Assembly: GCA_963744995.1 (NCBI GenBank)
Contig: CAVUWA010000002.1
Location: 704,001 to 768,000 of the forward strand
DNA length: 64,000 nucleotides
Source of the DNA: Candidatus Eiseniibacteriota bacterium
GTDB taxonomy: Bacteria > Eisenbacteria > RBG-16-71-46
Direction: 5' to 3'
In this document: positions 27,996 to 36,448 of the stretch, piece by piece
How positions within the stretch are numbered: position 1 is the first letter of the stretch
Layout: each line of letters opens with the position of its first letter
Made by a program: the position numbers and the translations under genes
The notes under the pieces: generated by a model
Told to the model about the DNA's origin: nothing
The model's database searches: none
The model's input: only the letters and a program-made list of their open reading frames with translations

Positions 27996-30746
27996 ATGAG
28001 ACGAGCCGCACATGCCCTGGCGATCGCTCTCGCGATCGCGACCTCCGCTCCGGCGGCCTTCGCGCAGCCGGATCCGCTCGGCCGCCCCGTGCGAATGTCC
28101 GACATCACCACGCCCGCCCCCGGCGACATCCGCCTCGGCGACCAGCGGATTCCTGTGAACGGCCCGGGCGCCGATATCGCTGCCGGCGACCTCAATGGCG
28201 ACGGCACACCCGACATCGCGACGGTCAGCCCTGACAGCGGCTCGATCACGATCCTCACGAATCGGGACGGAGACCTCAGCGCGCGGAGCGACTTCCCCCT
28301 TGCAGGGAGGCCGCAGGCGATCGCTGCCGCGGACCTCGATGGTGACGGACGCGCCGAACTGCTGGTTGCGCTTGCCGACGCGCAGCGCCTCGTGATCCTC
28401 CGGCTGGACGGTGGTGCGCTCGAGCAGACGGCCTCGCTCCAGACCGGGGCACTTCCCGCGGCCGTCACGACGATTCACCTTGCGCCTCACTCTTCGCCCC
28501 GGAGCGGGCGGGGGGAACTCGGGCTGGTGGTCGCCAACGCGGGCGACCACTCGATCGGTGTGTACGAATATCTGGGGAACGGCGCTTTCACCGAGCCCGT
28601 CTTGTACGCCTCGGGGGGGCAGCCCATCGACGTCATCGCGGCGGACGTCACGGGGGACGGCCGGGAGGACATCGTCGTCGCGAACCATGTCGATGCCACG
28701 ATCGGAGTCCTGCCGGGACTTCCGGATAGCCGCTTCGACGACATGGTGGCCTCCGACGCGGGATACCCACCCTATTCGATCGCCGCCGGCGACCTCGACG
28801 GCGATGGTGATTTGGACCTTGCGGTTGGGACGGAGAGCCAGTTCGTGCTGCTGACGAATGCCGGAAGGGGGCAGTTCATCGAGGCGAGACGCATCCCCTC
28901 TCGCGAAGGTCGGGCGTGGGGTGTGGCGCTGGCCGATCTCGCGGGGGACGGCCGGGTAGCATTACTGGGCACGACCTCCGGGCCATGGGGATACCAGTAC
29001 GAGAGGGAGCTGGTGACCGTGTTCATGGACCCCCTGGATCCACGTGACGAGGGACAGGATTACGCGGTCGGCGTCACGCCCGCGCGCCTGCTCGTGTGCG
29101 ACCTGAATGGCGATGGGGTGCTCGACTTCGCCACCATGAACACAGGACCCCGGTACGATCCGACGATCTCGATCGCCCAGGGCATCGGGGATGGTCGCTT
29201 CTGTGCCATCGCGTACTACCAGACGGAACAGGTGCCTGGTTACAGAGAGCAGGCCGCGTTGGCTTTCGGGTCCCAGCCAATCGACCTCGATGGCGACGGC
29301 TACGAAGATCAGATCACCGGCACGACTACTTATCCCTGGCAAGGCGAGGAGTCCACTTACGAGATCCGCTACGGCGATGGCACGGGTGGCTTCAGTGAGT
29401 CGCGCGAGATGGTAATGCGGCGCTTCTGGATCGCCGCCGATGTGGATGGTGACGGGCTGCCTGATCTCATCCACAACTCCGAGCGCATCCTGTCGAGGGA
29501 CTTTCTGAACGCGGTGCTCATGTATCGACGCAATCTCGGCGGACGTGAGTTCGCCGCACCGGAATCGCTGGGGATCGATCTCTTCTGGTTCGACTTCGTC
29601 ATGAAGGGCGTGGATCTCGATGGTAGGCCCGGTGGCGAGCTGCTGATTGTCAGGTCGCACCCGATTGGACCCGACTCGCTTCGCGTGTTCAAGAATGAGG
29701 CTCCGGGGAAGTACGTGCTGGATGATGCAGCGCAGATGGAATGGGACAACAGCACCGGCCTCGCATGGGAGCACGCCGCGCAGCTCTTCCTGTGTGACGT
29801 CAACGGCGACGGCGTGCGCGATGTCGTCGTGTTTTCGACCACCTACGGGGCCACCGGCTACTTCTGCGTTCTCATCGGCGGGACCGACGGAAGGTTCCAT
29901 CTGACGGACGTGCAGCGTCATGGCGCCGAGCCCTGGTCCATCGCAGTCGGAGACCTGAACGGGGATGGGCGGAGTGACGTCGTCCTGGTCGATTTCGACA
30001 CCAATTGGCCGGGTGCCCTCTACGTCTTTCAGGGGCAACCCGATGGTTCCACGTCCCTGGTCGGCGTGTTCTACCCGGGCAACTACCCGGGGTCGGCCGC
30101 GATCGCCGACTTCGACGGGGACGGCCTGCGGGATCTGGCCGTCTCCATCGGAAATGGCAATTTGGTCGCGCTGTTCCACAACTGCGGCGAGCCTCGAGCG
30201 CCCCTTCGCGTGTTCGCATCCGTGGAAAGAGCCGAAGCGATCGACGGCGTGATCCACGTGGACTGGCAGCTCTCCTCGCCGGCGCCGATCGTGATCGAGC
30301 GCACGGAACGCGGCAATCACTGGGAGCGACTGGATGCGACCCCGCAGGTCGCGGGCACCTCCGTGTCGCTGCGCGACAGTTCCACCGCGTCGCCGGGACG
30401 CCTGGGTTACCGGTTGCGATCGCCTGTGCCGGCCGTGGTCATCGAGGGTGGCGAAGCGTGGGTGAATCCCATGCGCCGCGGCGGCCTGCAGATCCACCAC
30501 GCCGAGTCGTTGCAGCAGGGCTCGGTTCTCGCCCTGGATGTCTCGCTGGAGTCCGCCGCGCCGCTGCGAATCGAGCTGTTCGACGTGCTCGGCCGCCGCG
30601 TGATGGAGCGGCGCGTGACCGGGGCGGTCGCGGGGAGGCAACGACTGGAGCTTGGCGCGTCACTGCCCAGAGTGAACGGTACGTACTGGATACGGGTCAC
30701 TGCGGGTCGCGAGGCAGCTGTGTCGAGAGTGCTGGTGGTCCGGTAG
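27996..30746 (+). CDS. Secreted FG-GAP/VCBS repeat protein with C-terminal sorting domain
   Basis: Signal peptide at MRRAAH, many DLxGDGxxD repeats, and terminal LFDVLGRRV...GTYWIR...VLVVR. Confidence 0.88.
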   Translation: MRRAAHALAIALAIATSAPAAFAQPDPLGRPVRMSDITTPAPGDIRLGDQRIPVNGPGADIAAGDLNGDGTPDIATVSPDSGSITILTNRDGDLSARSDFPLAGRPQAIAAADLDGDGRAELLVALADAQRLVILRLDGGALEQTASLQTGALPAAVTTIHLAPHSSPRSGRGELGLVVANAGDHSIGVYEYLGNGAFTEPVLYASGGQPIDVIAADVTGDGREDIVVANHVDATIGVLPGLPDSRFDDMVASDAGYPPYSIAAGDLDGDGDLDLAVGTESQFVLLTNAGRGQFIEARRIPSREGRAWGVALADLAGDGRVALLGTTSGPWGYQYERELVTVFMDPLDPRDEGQDYAVGVTPARLLVCDLNGDGVLDFATMNTGPRYDPTISIAQGIGDGRFCAIAYYQTEQVPGYREQAALAFGSQPIDLDGDGYEDQITGTTTYPWQGEESTYEIRYGDGTGGFSESREMVMRRFWIAADVDGDGLPDLIHNSERILSRDFLNAVLMYRRNLGGREFAAPESLGIDLFWFDFVMKGVDLDGRPGGELLIVRSHPIGPDSLRVFKNEAPGKYVLDDAAQMEWDNSTGLAWEHAAQLFLCDVNGDGVRDVVVFSTTYGATGYFCVLIGGTDGRFHLTDVQRHGAEPWSIAVGDLNGDGRSDVVLVDFDTNWPGALYVFQGQPDGSTSLVGVFYPGNYPGSAAIADFDGDGLRDLAVSIGNGNLVALFHNCGEPRAPLRVFASVERAEAIDGVIHVDWQLSSPAPIVIERTERGNHWERLDATPQVAGTSVSLRDSSTASPGRLGYRLRSPVPAVVIEGGEAWVNPMRRGGLQIHHAESLQQGSVLALDVSLESAAPLRIELFDVLGRRVMERRVTGAVAGRQRLELGASLPRVNGTYWIRVTAGREAAVSRVLVVR

Positions 30747-30755
30747 GCCCATCGG

Positions 30756-30775
30756 CGCGCCCGGGCCCGGGCGCG
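30756..30775. repeat. Perfect 20-bp palindrome downstream of the FG-GAP gene (possible terminator)
   Basis: CGCGCCCGGGCCCGGGCGCG is its own reverse complement. Confidence 0.5.
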
Positions 30776-30887
30776 ACTGCGAGGTCGGGAAGGAACCACG
30801 TCAGGATCGAGCAGGCTTTCAAATCGCCCCGGGGCAGCCTCGTGTAGCGAGGCCCCGGGTCACGCTGTTGTTGGGATTGGTGGTCTC

Positions 30888-31172
30888 GTGAGGCCACCTT
30901 GGCTCGGCTCGCGCTCTGTCTTCACCGTGATCGCGCTTTTCTCTTGCCTGGGTTCCGAGGCGCGGGCGACGCATTGGCACGTTGATTCGTCCGGCACCGG
31001 GGATTTCGCGACCATTCAGGCAGCGCTTGAGGCGGGAGGGCGGGATTCCGTGCTGGTCCAGCCCGGGCTGCGTCGACCGAAGTCCACTACCCGACTGACG
31101 ACATCTGGCCAGATAGTTGCGACGGATGTCCGGGGCATAGACTTGTTCCGGCCAGAGAGGCACCCAAGCTGA
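30888..31172 (+). pseudogene. Truncated secreted right-handed beta-helix (pectin-lyase-like) protein
   Basis: Signal peptide then VDSSGTGDFATIQAAL...DSVLVQPG, the usual beta-helix N-cap. Similarity stops abruptly near 31067. Confidence 0.65.
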
Positions 31173-31199
31173 AGCAGATCCTTAGATCGGAGGCTGTTC

Positions 31200-31937
31200 A
31201 TGGCACCCACGCGCGGCCCGCTCGGTGTTTGTTGTATCGCGCTCCTCGTCGCGTCATGCGCCTGGGGTGCCCCGGCGACGGAGGCGTATCACGTTGTGTG
31301 CGCACGCAAGGCACTTGCCGCTGGGGAGCAGGTTGACGTTCGACTTGAGCCGGCGCCGCCACCAGGCACCTACATCTACTGGCGGACCGCGGAGCAGATC
31401 GGAATGACACCCGGCGCCCCTGAAGCAAGCCGCGCGGTGTACACCGCCCCGTTCGTCATTCCTGCCGGATCTCCGCCGGCCGAGATCCGTGTCGACCTTT
31501 CTGGTCCGCAGACAGGGCGCATTGGGTTTGTCGGCCACGTTGATTTGGTCCCGAGTGCTCTCCCGGGAGTGCCCGACTGCCTCGCCTCAGGACAACGCTA
31601 CTCAACGGAGCGGGGCACGATCGAACCTGATGGATCGACAGTCACTCGGGTGGAGGGAATCGTCGTCCACATGGCTGATCCCGAATATCCGAAGATCGCC
31701 ATAAGCCGCGGCCTAACCGACGTCGTGCCCCTGAGAGTGCTGCTTTGCACGAGTGGCCGAGTCCTGGCCGCGTATCCGCAGACTTCGTACGACAACAACC
31801 GAGAGCCGATCGAGCATGAGCGCGTTCTGACCGAGGCCGCTACGACCATTATACGGTCGAGAACATTTGCACCGCTGATGAGGGACAGTTCCCCGGTGGC
31901 GGGGTGGATGCACGTGCACGTTGCCTTCCGTCAATAG
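31200..31937 (+). CDS. Secreted protein with TonB C-terminal-like domain
   Basis: GGAGG RBS and signal peptide. PEYPKIAISRG...V.LRV....GRV...EAA......FAP......PV matches the TonB_C pattern. Confidence 0.6.
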   Translation: MAPTRGPLGVCCIALLVASCAWGAPATEAYHVVCARKALAAGEQVDVRLEPAPPPGTYIYWRTAEQIGMTPGAPEASRAVYTAPFVIPAGSPPAEIRVDLSGPQTGRIGFVGHVDLVPSALPGVPDCLASGQRYSTERGTIEPDGSTVTRVEGIVVHMADPEYPKIAISRGLTDVVPLRVLLCTSGRVLAAYPQTSYDNNREPIEHERVLTEAATTIIRSRTFAPLMRDSSPVAGWMHVHVAFRQ

Positions 31938-31980
31938 AGCGTTCGGGCGCGGACACCCCATTTGCAGCGCACCTGCGGGC

Positions 31981-32454
31981 TCATGGGGCCTCTCTCGGAA
32001 GGAGTTCATCCTCGTTCGGAGGTTCGAAACGCCTCCACCACTCTCGAACCTGGCCCTCGGTGACGTGGAATGTGTTTGGCGGTAGGTCGGCGTTGCGCTT
32101 GAGCAAACGACGGAGCAGCTCTTCGAGGCTGACGTGCTGAAAGCGTAGTTCACTTCGGGCGCCAAGGGCTGACGCTCGCGCTCGAAAGTCCTCTCGTTCC
32201 GCTCGCGTCCAAAGACCGAAGTCGAGAACGACGTCGATGCCAAGAGCCAGGGCGCGGGCCGCAACACTCCATTGCAGCGCTTCGACTGGATGGCGAACCT
32301 TGTCAAGAGCCCCCTGCGTTGGGTGAGATCCAAGCAGTGTCGCAATCCACTCGTCCGGGGTCAGTCGGATCGCCGGTCGTTCACGCTCTAGTTCCTTTGC
32401 AATTGTCGTCTTACCCGCGCCGGGTAGTCCGATCGCGAGAAACAGGGTAGCCAT
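31981..32454 (-). CDS. AAA_33 family P-loop ATPase / predicted kinase
   Basis: GLPGAGKTT, LTPDEW, VVLDFG and FEPPxxDE motifs. Confidence 0.85.
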   Translation of the reverse strand: MATLFLAIGLPGAGKTTIAKELERERPAIRLTPDEWIATLLGSHPTQGALDKVRHPVEALQWSVAARALALGIDVVLDFGLWTRAEREDFRARASALGARSELRFQHVSLEELLRRLLKRNADLPPNTFHVTEGQVREWWRRFEPPNEDELLPREAP

Positions 32455-32516
32455 CTGCTCAGCATAGCAGGCCCATCCGGCAAAAGGACGCCAAGTTCAA
32501 AGCCAATCGAGCCGAT

Positions 32517-33519
32517 TGTGTGGTTCACGCCTGAGCCTGACGGTCGCTGGAGGAAGATAGCCGCTCCCGAAGGACTTCGTAAGGGGTCTTTCCACGGTGA
32601 GCGCCATGGGGTCTGACGAGGTTGTAGAAGCGCTCCCACTCGGCGAGCTTGGCCTCGAGATCGACGTCGTCCTTGTAGCTGAGGAGCTGGTAGAACTCGA
32701 CCGCATCGGTTCGATGCGACCGCTCCACCTTGCCGTTGAGTCTCGGTGAGCGCGGTTTGATGTAGACGTGCTGGATGCCGAGCTCCTCGACGTACCAGTG
32801 GAACTGCGCCTGGAACTCGTGGCCACGATCGGTGCGGATCTGACGGATCCGGAACGGGAAGCGTTCCAGCACGTAGTCCACGAAGGTGATCGCGGTGCGC
32901 TGATTGTGGGTCGGGTAGACCTTCAAAGCCCGAATCCGGGTCGCATCGTCGATGGCGGTGTACTGGTAGCGGCGGACGTGCCGCCCACGCTCATCGATCA
33001 GACTCAGAAACTTCACGTCGACCTGGACGTGATGCCCTGGCACTTCCTTCTCGTACCGATGCCAGGACGGGATGGCGCGCACCGAGGCGGTCTTTGGGAG
33101 GACATTCATCCCTCTCCGCCGAAGCGCGTAGTAGACTGCGCCCGTGGAGACGCGAATGTCGTGGTAGCGCTGGAGGTACCAGACGATCCGCTGCGGACCG
33201 AAGTTGAAGTCGCGGCGAATCTGGAGGATCTGGGCTTGCAGCGTCTCGGGCAGGCGGTTCGGCGGTGGCCGCTTCGGACCCCGCTTACGCGGGAGCAGAC
33301 CCGCCTCGCCGCCGCGCTGATAGGCCCTGCGCCACTCATAGAACGTGTCCCTGGAGATCCCGAAGTAGCGGCAGGTCCGGGACACGTTCCTGCCAGCTAC
33401 GGCGTGTTCCAGCGCGGCGAGCTTCCGTTTCACTTGCGAGTTGGGGCGCGGCATGGACGAAGCCTCCTTTCAGGCCAGGGAGAATACCCAACCTGTCAGG
33501 CAGACTCGTGAATGTCATA
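32517..33519 (-). mobile_element. IS481-family insertion sequence (about 1003 bp)
   Basis: Imperfect 25-bp terminal inverted repeats at 32517-32541 and 33495-33519 (17/25 match) flank the transposase. Confidence 0.8.
32525..33454 (-). CDS. IS481-family DDE transposase
   Basis: N-terminal HTH (CRYFGISRDTFYEW), VQVDVK, AIDDATR, TDRGHEF and NGKVERSHRT. Confidence 0.95.
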   Translation of the reverse strand: MPRPNSQVKRKLAALEHAVAGRNVSRTCRYFGISRDTFYEWRRAYQRGGEAGLLPRKRGPKRPPPNRLPETLQAQILQIRRDFNFGPQRIVWYLQRYHDIRVSTGAVYYALRRRGMNVLPKTASVRAIPSWHRYEKEVPGHHVQVDVKFLSLIDERGRHVRRYQYTAIDDATRIRALKVYPTHNQRTAITFVDYVLERFPFRIRQIRTDRGHEFQAQFHWYVEELGIQHVYIKPRSPRLNGKVERSHRTDAVEFYQLLSYKDDVDLEAKLAEWERFYNLVRPHGAHRGKTPYEVLRERLSSSSDRQAQA

Positions 33520-33549
33520 GCTTGGGCTTCGGCGCGGAAGGAGGGCTAG

Positions 33550-34518
33550 ATGCCGAAGCTTCCGAGAGGCATGTTCTGGCGCGGGTCGAGCTACTACACC
33601 CGGCGTCGGATTGCAGGACGGGACCGGTGGTTTTCGCTGGGCCCGGAGTACGGGGCGGCCTGCCGCAAGCTGGCGGCACTCAGGAACGGGCAGGCCTCGC
33701 TGGGAGTTCGGACAACGGTTGCCCAGGTGGCACGGAGGTGGCTTGCGGTGTACGTCCCAACGGCTCGGAGCGAGAAGAACGCGCGCATGTCCGGGACTCG
33801 CGTGGACATGTACCTGGGCCGTTTCATGGGCTATCGGCCGCTCGGGAAGGTAAGCCCGGAGGACATGAGGGAGTACCGGCTGTGGCTGGAGCGACGGGAG
33901 ATCAAACCGGCCACGGTGATGCATCTGCTTTCGGATGCGCGGTGCTTCTTCAACTGGTGCGTGGAGGCTGGGTATCTGGACAAGTCGCCATTCCCACGGC
34001 GGCTGATGCCACGGATTCAGGAACGGCCCCCGGATCGCCTCACGGATGCCGAGGTGGTCGCGGTTCTGGGAGTTCCTGAGCCTTGGGGCTTCGTGATTCG
34101 TCTGGGGCTCGGTACGGGCCTCCGCTGGGGCGAGCTCACGCGGGCGCAGGCCAGCGACGTGGAGCAGGGGATGCTGGTGGTCAGTCAGACCAAGTCGGGC
34201 AGGGTGCGGCGTGTGCCGCTCCCTGCCGAAGTGCAGGGTGAGGTCCGGCTGTGGGTCGGGAGGCTGGTCGGCTATTCGGTGAAGTCACCCGGGTCGTTTG
34301 CCACACGGGTCCGGAGGCTATCGGGGGTGGCTGGGTTTCATGTTCACCAGCTGCGCCACACGTTCGCGTGTCGGTGGCTCGAGAGGGGCGGAAGTCTCGT
34401 CGCGCTGCAGCAAGTCCTCGGCCATGCGAGCGTAGTGACCACGCAGCGGTATGCGCGGCTCACGGATGAGATGGTGCGGCGGGAAGCAGAGCGGATCGGA
34501 GGAGCACAATGCGGGTAG
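33550..34518 (+). CDS. Tyrosine recombinase / phage-type integrase (intact)
   Basis: All catalytic motifs present: TGLRWGEL (R), TKSG (K), HQLRH, LGH and TTQRY. Also a basic N-terminal arm-binding-like segment and a GGAGG RBS. Confidence 0.95.
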   Translation: MPKLPRGMFWRGSSYYTRRRIAGRDRWFSLGPEYGAACRKLAALRNGQASLGVRTTVAQVARRWLAVYVPTARSEKNARMSGTRVDMYLGRFMGYRPLGKVSPEDMREYRLWLERREIKPATVMHLLSDARCFFNWCVEAGYLDKSPFPRRLMPRIQERPPDRLTDAEVVAVLGVPEPWGFVIRLGLGTGLRWGELTRAQASDVEQGMLVVSQTKSGRVRRVPLPAEVQGEVRLWVGRLVGYSVKSPGSFATRVRRLSGVAGFHVHQLRHTFACRWLERGGSLVALQQVLGHASVVTTQRYARLTDEMVRREAERIGGAQCG

Positions 34519-35465
34519 TCAGCACGGCGTTGCTCGCCTTGGCCATGAGCGCGTCCTGCGCAAGTGCCTGCACGTGCCCGCCGTTCACGCGGGCCGAGAT
34601 CTGGAAGAGCAATACGGCCGTGTTCGTGGGACAGATACTGGCGATCCGGGACAGTGTCGTGCGGGGGCGCATGGGCCGCACTCGCGTGGCTACGGAGATC
34701 GGCTGGGTGACTACGTTCCGGATTGAGACCGCGTGGAAGGGTGTTGCGAAGGGGCAGGTGGTGAACCTGTTCGTTCCGCGACTGTGTGGCTACCAGTGGT
34801 CGGCTGGTCAGTTGTGGGTGATCTTCGCTGCTCCAGAGCGGCACCAACCGTCATTGCTGCAAACGACCGTCTGCAGCAGGAGCGAAATCCTGAGCCCAAG
34901 CGGGGAGGCGTTTCTTTGGTTGCAGGCAAACACGCGAGGCGAGCGGGAGGAAGATGGTGCGGCTGGTGCGATTCTGACGGACACCAGCCTTGCGTTCCAT
35001 TCGACGCCAGGGATCTGGTTCATGCTCATGCGGGTAGACTGCGACCAGCCGCAGGGCATGGAAGCGGAGATCACAGACCCGACCGGCAAGGTCATCTGCC
35101 CACTGCGAGGAGGCAACTCGGGCGCCACGGCAGTTGCGAATCGATGCGACTGTCTGGGTGCGAGCATTGGTCCTCGCGAGGGGAGTATTCCGGGCTCTTC
35201 CTTCCTGAGTGCAGCCTGCTGGCAGCCCGGGACGGGGCCCTATCGGATCAGGGTGAAGGGTCTAGCACGTTGCCGAATTACGGTGAGCGCTGGTGCACAT
35301 TACTCGCCGACGCCTCATTGGGGCCCAACTGACAGCCTGACCATCGAACCGGGGGAGGAGTTCACTTGGTCAGTGTGGTGGGGAAACGTTGCTGCCGGTG
35401 ATTCGACTCGTGCGACGCTTAGGCGATCCACGGGTGACGCAATCAGGCCGGGGAAGAGCAGGTGA
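34509..35465 (+). CDS. Secreted Cys-rich protein with TIMP/NTR-like N-terminus (cargo)
   Basis: Signal peptide then CTC...AVFVG...WKG...CGY. Start overlaps the integrase stop by 10 nt. Confidence 0.65.
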   Translation: MRVVSTALLALAMSASCASACTCPPFTRAEIWKSNTAVFVGQILAIRDSVVRGRMGRTRVATEIGWVTTFRIETAWKGVAKGQVVNLFVPRLCGYQWSAGQLWVIFAAPERHQPSLLQTTVCSRSEILSPSGEAFLWLQANTRGEREEDGAAGAILTDTSLAFHSTPGIWFMLMRVDCDQPQGMEAEITDPTGKVICPLRGGNSGATAVANRCDCLGASIGPREGSIPGSSFLSAACWQPGTGPYRIRVKGLARCRITVSAGAHYSPTPHWGPTDSLTIEPGEEFTWSVWWGNVAAGDSTRATLRRSTGDAIRPGKSR

Positions 35466-35467
35466 TG

Positions 35468-35489
35468 TGTAGCAGCGCATGTAGCAGCG
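35468..35489 (+). repeat. Tandem 10-bp direct repeat, candidate integrase arm-type sites
   Basis: TGTAGCAGCG occurs twice, 2 nt apart, about 75 nt before the tRNA fragment. Confidence 0.6.
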
Positions 35490-35564
35490 GCTACGCACGG
35501 CCGTTTCGGGGGCAGTGGGTCGGGTTGCGCAAGTGATTGCCTCGGGCGATAGTCGGCCGCCCGT

Positions 35565-35603
35565 GGCCCCGTAGCTCAGATGGATAGAGCAGCGGTTTCC
35601 TAA
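35565..35603 (+). tRNA. tRNA-Arg(CCT) 5' half only (att-site fragment, not a functional tRNA)
   Basis: GGCCCCG-TA-GCTC-AGATGGATA-GAGC-A-GCGGT-TTCCTAA. The expected ACCGC and T arm are absent. Confidence 0.88.
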
Positions 35604-35659
35604 TCGAAAATATAGTTGTTTGCGCTTGATCGCGACCCGATCGTGCAACCCACTGCGGG

Positions 35660-35881
35660 GCGGTCCGGAAAGCAACCGGAATCGAGCGGTTCCACGTTCA
35701 CCAGATGAGGCACACCTTTGCGTGTCAGTGACTGGAACGCGGCGGCAGCCTGGCCGCGCTGCAGCAGATCCTCGGGCATGCGTCGATCGTGACGACGCAG
35801 CGCTACGCGAGGATCGCGGATGAGATGGTGATGCGAGAGGCCATCAGGCTCTCACGAGAGGAGGAAGGCCGTGCGTTGTGA
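35660..35881 (+). pseudogene. Tyrosine integrase 3'-tail remnant 3
   Basis: AVRKATGIERFHVHQMRHTFACQ*LERGGSLAALQQILGHASIVTTQRYARIADEMVMREAIRL, with an internal TGA where Trp is expected. Confidence 0.92.
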
Positions 35882-36284
35882 TGCGAGTAGTGTGGGCAGG
35901 GTGGCCGCCATGATCGCGGTTGCCACAGTTGTCGTTGCGACACCTGGGGTCGGCCGGGCGCAGACCCCACTGCTGACGGCTGGGCGTTCCGCTGTGATGA
36001 TCCAGGTGGGCCTCAACGGAACGAGCATCGAGGACACGTCAGGTGGGCAGACCTTGCTCAAGTTGGACGGCACAACCAACGGCCAGCCGTGGGGATCGAT
36101 TACTGGGATGTTTGCGACCGGTTCTCGAGCTTCGCTGCTGTTGGGAATTAGTGCCGCCTCGATGGGTGGTGACGTCGAGAACACAGGCCATTTCACCACG
36201 GAGGGAGGCGGCTACTACCCCGGGTGGAAGCGGAGTGGTTACACGGTGCGAATTCAGGCTGGGGCGATTATCTGGCTGAATTAG
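35871..36284 (+). CDS. Secreted hypothetical protein, possibly a shortened outer-membrane beta-barrel (cargo)
   Basis: Signal peptide, beta-strand-like pattern and aromatic C-terminus (IIWLN). GTG overlaps the remnant-3 stop. Confidence 0.5.
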   Translation: MRCDASSVGRVAAMIAVATVVVATPGVGRAQTPLLTAGRSAVMIQVGLNGTSIEDTSGGQTLLKLDGTTNGQPWGSITGMFATGSRASLLLGISAASMGGDVENTGHFTTEGGGYYPGWKRSGYTVRIQAGAIIWLN

Positions 36285-36448
36285 GTGGCGGGGTTGATCG
36301 GTCCGACTGAGGCGTGTGGCAGGGTGTCGAGACCGCCGCAGACCGTAGCCGATGAGATGAAGCAGCTGGCCTCCGCTGGGACGTGGTAGCCGTAGAGCGG
36401 CGCCACAGACCAGTGACGCGGTCAAAGCCGCAACGAAGGAGGCCAGCC

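Noticed and set aside
30781..30815. SRP RNA-like motif GAGGTCGGGAAGGAACCAC
   Set aside because: The stem around GGAA does not pair and the AGCAG element is missing.
33550..34518. Integron integrase IntI with cassette array
   Set aside because: No IntI-specific insertion is recognisable, the cargo is co-oriented and overlapping, and I found no convincing attC (RYYYAAC...GTTRRRY) structures.
35565..35640. Functional tRNA-Arg gene
   Set aside because: No anticodon 3' stem, T arm or acceptor 3' strand.
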